NCBI GenBank assembly: GCA_039194325.1
Contig: JBCCWC010000003.1
Coordinates: forward strand, 32,001-96,000
Length of the DNA: 64,000 nucleotides
Reading direction: 5' to 3'
From: Myxococcota bacterium
GTDB lineage: Bacteria; Myxococcota_A; Polyangia; Nannocystales; Nannocystaceae
Shown: positions 60,378-64,000 of the stretch, in pieces
Layout: each line of letters opens with the position of its first letter
Numbering within the stretch: the stretch's first letter is position 1
Translations under genes and position numbers: made by a program
Notes under the pieces: model-generated
Told to the model about the DNA's origin: nothing
Database searches by the model: none
What the model saw: only the letters and a program-made list of their open reading frames with translations

Positions 60378-60938
60378 TTGAGTGACTTCGTGCAACGCGT
60401 TGCCGCCAGCCTCGGAATCCTGGCCATGGCCGCGGCCCTGGGGGCCATGGCCGTGGGGCAGCTGGTCGTCTTGCCCGGGCTCAACAGCCAAAGCAACCTG
60501 GTCGACGCCAACCTGCTGACTCGGGTGGCCACGCCGATCCACCTGCGCTGCACCGAGATCGCTCTGGTGGGCTCGGTGCTGCTACTTGGCCTGGTGTCCA
60601 CCTGGCTGCGCTCCCGCCTGGCCGCCACGCTCGCGCTACTGGCCGTGATGGGCACCGGGGTACTGCGCCTGGTGCTCTTGCCTTCGCTCTACGAGGCTTG
60701 GGCCCGGGTCGACCGAGTGGCTCTGCTACCACACGACCGGTTGCTCCATGCCCAGGACATCGCCGACGAGGCGTACTGGCTGGGCCTGGGTAGCATCACG
60801 ATGCTGGTGATGCTCGCCGTGCTCGCCGGGCTGCACTGGGTTGTGCCGGTGCCCGAGCGCAAGCGACCCCAAGACACGCCTACGCTCGACGCGGACGTCC
60901 GCAGCACCGACGAGAGCGTGATCGCCAACGCGGCGTGA
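60378..60938 (+). CDS. Hypothetical four-TM membrane protein
   Basis: Four hydrophobic segments; host-like codon usage. Confidence 0.75.
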   Translation: MSDFVQRVAASLGILAMAAALGAMAVGQLVVLPGLNSQSNLVDANLLTRVATPIHLRCTEIALVGSVLLLGLVSTWLRSRLAATLALLAVMGTGVLRLVLLPSLYEAWARVDRVALLPHDRLLHAQDIADEAYWLGLGSITMLVMLAVLAGLHWVVPVPERKRPQDTPTLDADVRSTDESVIANAA

Positions 60939-61007
60939 CGGGCAGGCCCGAGTCGCGCCTAGAGCGCCCTACGCGACTCAGACCTCATGGTTTATAGTCT
61001 CGTTGCC

Positions 61008-61268
61008 TTGACCGCCGACGTACAGGACATCCTTGATGCCGCGCTGAGGCTGCCGGACGATGTAAGGGCCGAGCTTGGGGCCATACTTCTCGACAGCGTC
61101 GGCGATGGCTCGTCCGCAGCCGAGATCGAGGAAGCCTGGGATGTAGAGATCGAGCGCCGCCTCGAAGCGGTCCGCTCGGGCCGAGCTCGGCTGATCCCTT
61201 CCGAGGATGTGGAGCAAGAGCTAGAGGACATCATCAACGGAGTGAGCGAGTCGCGACGTACTGGCTGA
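61008..61268 (+). CDS. Addiction module antitoxin (TIGR02574-like)
   Basis: ALRLPDDVRAELGAILLDS...AWDVEIERR...SG...IP.E.V; TATAGT 9 nt upstream of TTG. Confidence 0.88.
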   Translation: MTADVQDILDAALRLPDDVRAELGAILLDSVGDGSSAAEIEEAWDVEIERRLEAVRSGRARLIPSEDVEQELEDIINGVSESRRTG

Positions 61269-61272
61269 GTCA

Positions 61273-61665
61273 ATGCGAGTGGTTCTAACGATCGAAGCTC
61301 AACTGGAGCTTCGCGAAGCCACCAAGTGGTACTCGGCACGCTCCCGTGACGTTGCTCGTCGCTTCATGAAGGCTTACCGACACGCGAGGGACCTGGCTGC
61401 ACGAGCACCAACACGATGGCCACAGGTGGAGCATAATGCTCGACGCGTGCTTTTTCATGGATTTCCCTATTCATTGTTGTACGAAATCAAGGACAATCAG
61501 GTCGTCGTTTTGGCTATCAAGCACCACAAGCGGCGCCCGGGTTACTGGAAAGGGCGATGGATCCGATGGTCCGAGGCTGGGCTGGGACATCATCCCGCTC
61601 AGCCGCAGGGCGGTACGTCGGCCGGCGTGTCGGTCGGCTCGCCAAAGTGGTACAGCGCCCCGTAG
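61273..61665 (+). CDS. RelE/ParE family toxin
   Basis: EAQLELREATKWY, P..WP, RR....FPYSLLY, VLAIKHHKRRPGYW. Confidence 0.92.
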   Translation: MRVVLTIEAQLELREATKWYSARSRDVARRFMKAYRHARDLAARAPTRWPQVEHNARRVLFHGFPYSLLYEIKDNQVVVLAIKHHKRRPGYWKGRWIRWSEAGLGHHPAQPQGGTSAGVSVGSPKWYSAP

Positions 61666-62642
61666 TTGCCCCCGGCCTTGAACAGGTCGCCGCCGGTGAG
61701 CACCACCGAGCCCTCATGGCCGCGCACGGCGTGGAAGTGCTCGCGGGTGGTCTTGGACTCGGGGCACTCCCATGCGCCGTCGCGATAGACCCCCAGGCCC
61801 CCGAAGAAGCCGGCGATCCACACGTCGCCCTCGGGGGAGACCCACACGCCGTTGAGGCCTCCGGTGGCGCATAGCGGATCGACCGCGACCGATTCCCACG
61901 CCCCACTGGCCCAGTGCAGCACCACGGGCTGCTGCGAACCCCCCACGGCCCACACATCGTCGGATGACGTGCCGTGCACGGTGAGTAGGCGCTCGCCGTT
62001 GGGCGGAAAATGCTCGACCAGGGTGTCACCCTCGAGCGTCCACGCCACGCCGATCCCCACCAGCCACCGATCCCAAACCTTGAAGACGACGCCGGGAAGA
62101 TCCTGCGCCAGGGCAGTCCACTGCCCGCCGCCATCGCGCACCCAGACCTCGCCCAGCTCGGTCTCCCAAACGTCGCCCCCCACGGCGACGACGCGATCCC
62201 CCTGATCGAAGACTCCGTAGAGCACGGCTTCTGTCGACACGCTTTCGTCGGTGCGGGTACCGGCTTGCTCGTGCACGATCGTCCCCGCCTCGCCCACCGC
62301 GTACCACTCATCGGCCGAGGGCGCGTCGATCCACCACAGGGTATGGGTGGTGACGTCGTTGTCACGACACAGCACGCCGTCGCGGTAGCGCACGAGATAG
62401 CCCGGACCGCCAGGGTTGACGCCCGGCTCCGAGGACAGGTCGCCCCCGACCATCACGAGCTCGTCGCCCACGTTGGCCGCCGACAGCAGCACCCCGCCCT
62501 GGATGTTGGTGGCCAGATCGGACCACTGTTGCTCGACGGGCTCTTCGCCCGACTCTTCGCCCGGCGTGGAGGGGCAGCCCAGCAGCCCGGCCAGCAAGAG
62601 CACGAAAGAGACGCGGGACGAACGATGATGACGGTAGTGCAT
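61599..62642 (-). CDS. Lipoprotein with beta-propeller-like repeats
   Basis: LLAGLLGC lipobox; repeated L..V.G....D.WAVG motifs. Confidence 0.8.
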   Translation of the reverse strand: MHYRHHRSSRVSFVLLLAGLLGCPSTPGEESGEEPVEQQWSDLATNIQGGVLLSAANVGDELVMVGGDLSSEPGVNPGGPGYLVRYRDGVLCRDNDVTTHTLWWIDAPSADEWYAVGEAGTIVHEQAGTRTDESVSTEAVLYGVFDQGDRVVAVGGDVWETELGEVWVRDGGGQWTALAQDLPGVVFKVWDRWLVGIGVAWTLEGDTLVEHFPPNGERLLTVHGTSSDDVWAVGGSQQPVVLHWASGAWESVAVDPLCATGGLNGVWVSPEGDVWIAGFFGGLGVYRDGAWECPESKTTREHFHAVRGHEGSVVLTGGDLFKAGGNYGALYHFGEPTDTPADVPPCG

Positions 62643-62644
62643 GG

Positions 62645-64000
62645 CTATGGCTCGAGGATGACATCCAGAGCGCGCTGGAGCACGTCGGGCTGGAGAGGGC
62701 CGGTGCCCTCGTGAACCCAGGTGGTCAGCGGGGTGCCGTCTTCGGCGAGGAACTGCAGGCCGTCGACCGCGTCGCCGCCCGGCGCGTCGAGCAAGAACTC
62801 GCCCGTGCCGAAGCCATAGACCCCGCGAACACGAGCCAGCTCCTCGTCGCTGTCGTCGCGCCGGTGGCACGTCTGGCAGCCCCGCGCGTTCCGGGTGGTG
62901 GTGTGGGGAAAGAACGGGGCAAAGCCGTTATTGGCCTCCAGGCCGTCACGGTGCCGGAACTCGCCGACCACCTGCCCGTCCTCGCGGGCCTCTCCCTCGA
63001 GGACCTCACCCTCCCCCGAGCCGTAGGCACTCGAGCCGACCACGGCCATCTGGACCTGCTGCGAGGCCATCACGCCCTGCACGCGCCCGTCCGGGCCGGT
63101 GCCGAGCAACACATCGGTCAGCGAGAACGTGCTGCGACTGCCCCGAGTGAGCCCCGGAGACAGGGTGCCCGTTTGGTAGTCGACCTGCTCGAGACGAAGA
63201 TCCCAGGTTACGTGGCAGCCCACGCACTGTTGCTGCCACGAGGTGTGACAAGTGTCGCAGGTCACCGAGTCGGTGTGCGACCAACCCCCCTCGTCTGGAG
63301 CCATGGCGGCGTGCATGGCGGCCGAGGCACTACCATCGGCGAGCCGGTCGGCCACCTGGGTCACGGGATGCTCGGCCCCGTCGACGCGCCCGGTCAGCAC
63401 GACCATCCCCTGAGCGTTGACCGAGAGCTGCGGGAGTGGTCGACCCGAGGCAGTACGGAAGACCCCGTCGCTGTCCGGCTCGATCGCCTCGCGCACCGTG
63501 CCGTGGCAGTCTTCGCAGGTCAGGTCAACCTGCTGCTTGGACGAGGAGAAGATCCGCCCCGTGCCGTGGACGTCGCTGCCCACATGGCAATCGGAGCAGT
63601 GCATCCCGGCCGCGTAGTGGAGATCGGGCGGTGTCTCGTCGACGTCGTTGGTGGTGTCCTCGTCGAGGAAGTAGTAGCCGGGCGAGTGCCCGTAGAGGGT
63701 CTCCTGGATCGGCTCGGCGTTGGGCGGGGTCTGGTCGCTCCCAAAGCCACCCTCCCGGATCCCCCGGAAGGCCAGACCGATCCGCCCCCCTTGGAAGTGG
63801 CAGGTAGCGCACTGCTCGGTGGGAATCGCCGAGGTGATCTCGTGCCGTATGGGATGCACCGGACTGCCCTTGGGGATCGTGGGATCCCCGCCCTCGTACA
63901 CGCCGAGGGTGTTGTAGACCATGTGGCACGCGGTGCAGCCCGACGAGCGGTAGAGCGCCGGCGAGTTGTTGCGCGGGTACCCGGCCTGGTGACAGGTGTT
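62645..64000 (-). CDS. Multihaem cytochrome c (5' end outside the window)
   Basis: CTACH, CATCH, CSDCH, CEDCH, CDTCH, CVGCH, CQTCH plus a partial NTCH at the edge. Confidence 0.92.
   Translation of the reverse strand, partial: NTCHQAGYPRNNSPALYRSSGCTACHMVYNTLGVYEGGDPTIPKGSPVHPIRHEITSAIPTEQCATCHFQGGRIGLAFRGIREGGFGSDQTPPNAEPIQETLYGHSPGYYFLDEDTTNDVDETPPDLHYAAGMHCSDCHVGSDVHGTGRIFSSSKQQVDLTCEDCHGTVREAIEPDSDGVFRTASGRPLPQLSVNAQGMVVLTGRVDGAEHPVTQVADRLADGSASAAMHAAMAPDEGGWSHTDSVTCDTCHTSWQQQCVGCHVTWDLRLEQVDYQTGTLSPGLTRGSRSTFSLTDVLLGTGPDGRVQGVMASQQVQMAVVGSSAYGSGEGEVLEGEAREDGQVVGEFRHRDGLEANNGFAPFFPHTTTRNARGCQTCHRRDDSDEELARVRGVYGFGTGEFLLDAPGGDAVDGLQFLAEDGTPLTTWVHEGTGPLQPDVLQRALDVILEP

Overview
Very GC-rich bacterial chromosome segment. 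The gene content (four Hanks Ser/Thr kinases, two paralogous 'LLDxWRxG' ECF sigma factors, many lipoproteins with Ser/Thr/Gly linkers, a PilZ/TIGR02266-like protein) points to a myxobacterium, probably Nannocystaceae-like; this is inference. Housekeeping and metabolic genes include rpsF-rpsR-rplI with an S6:S18 leader, nadA, egtB-egtD, rnhB, slyD, an hscC-like Hsp70 with a J protein, and an iodotyrosine deiodinase. They are interleaved with small, visibly less GC-rich accessory patches. Most notable: (1) an ABC/AAA_21 ATPase fused out of frame to the start-less tail of a second gene, consistent with an internally deleted Septu-like ATPase+nuclease defence pair; (2) a lipoprotein carrying seven PMPPP units directly upstream of a JmjC oxygenase, a candidate protein-modification system; (3) a LysR-divergent pair of haem-c lipoproteins (copper monooxygenase plus P460/c'-beta-like), with a frameshifted fragment of the latter on the far side of a two-gene cassette; (4) a kinase-membrane-degenerate GGDEF protein with an intact RxxD site; (5) an orphan FGE/SUMF1-like gene with its own promoter and a long leader beside addiction modules; (6) many unrelated short tandem repeats, often of period 12. 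No rRNA, tRNA, CRISPR array, transposase or integrase was recognised. All family calls come from reading motifs by eye, with no database search, and start codons are best guesses.
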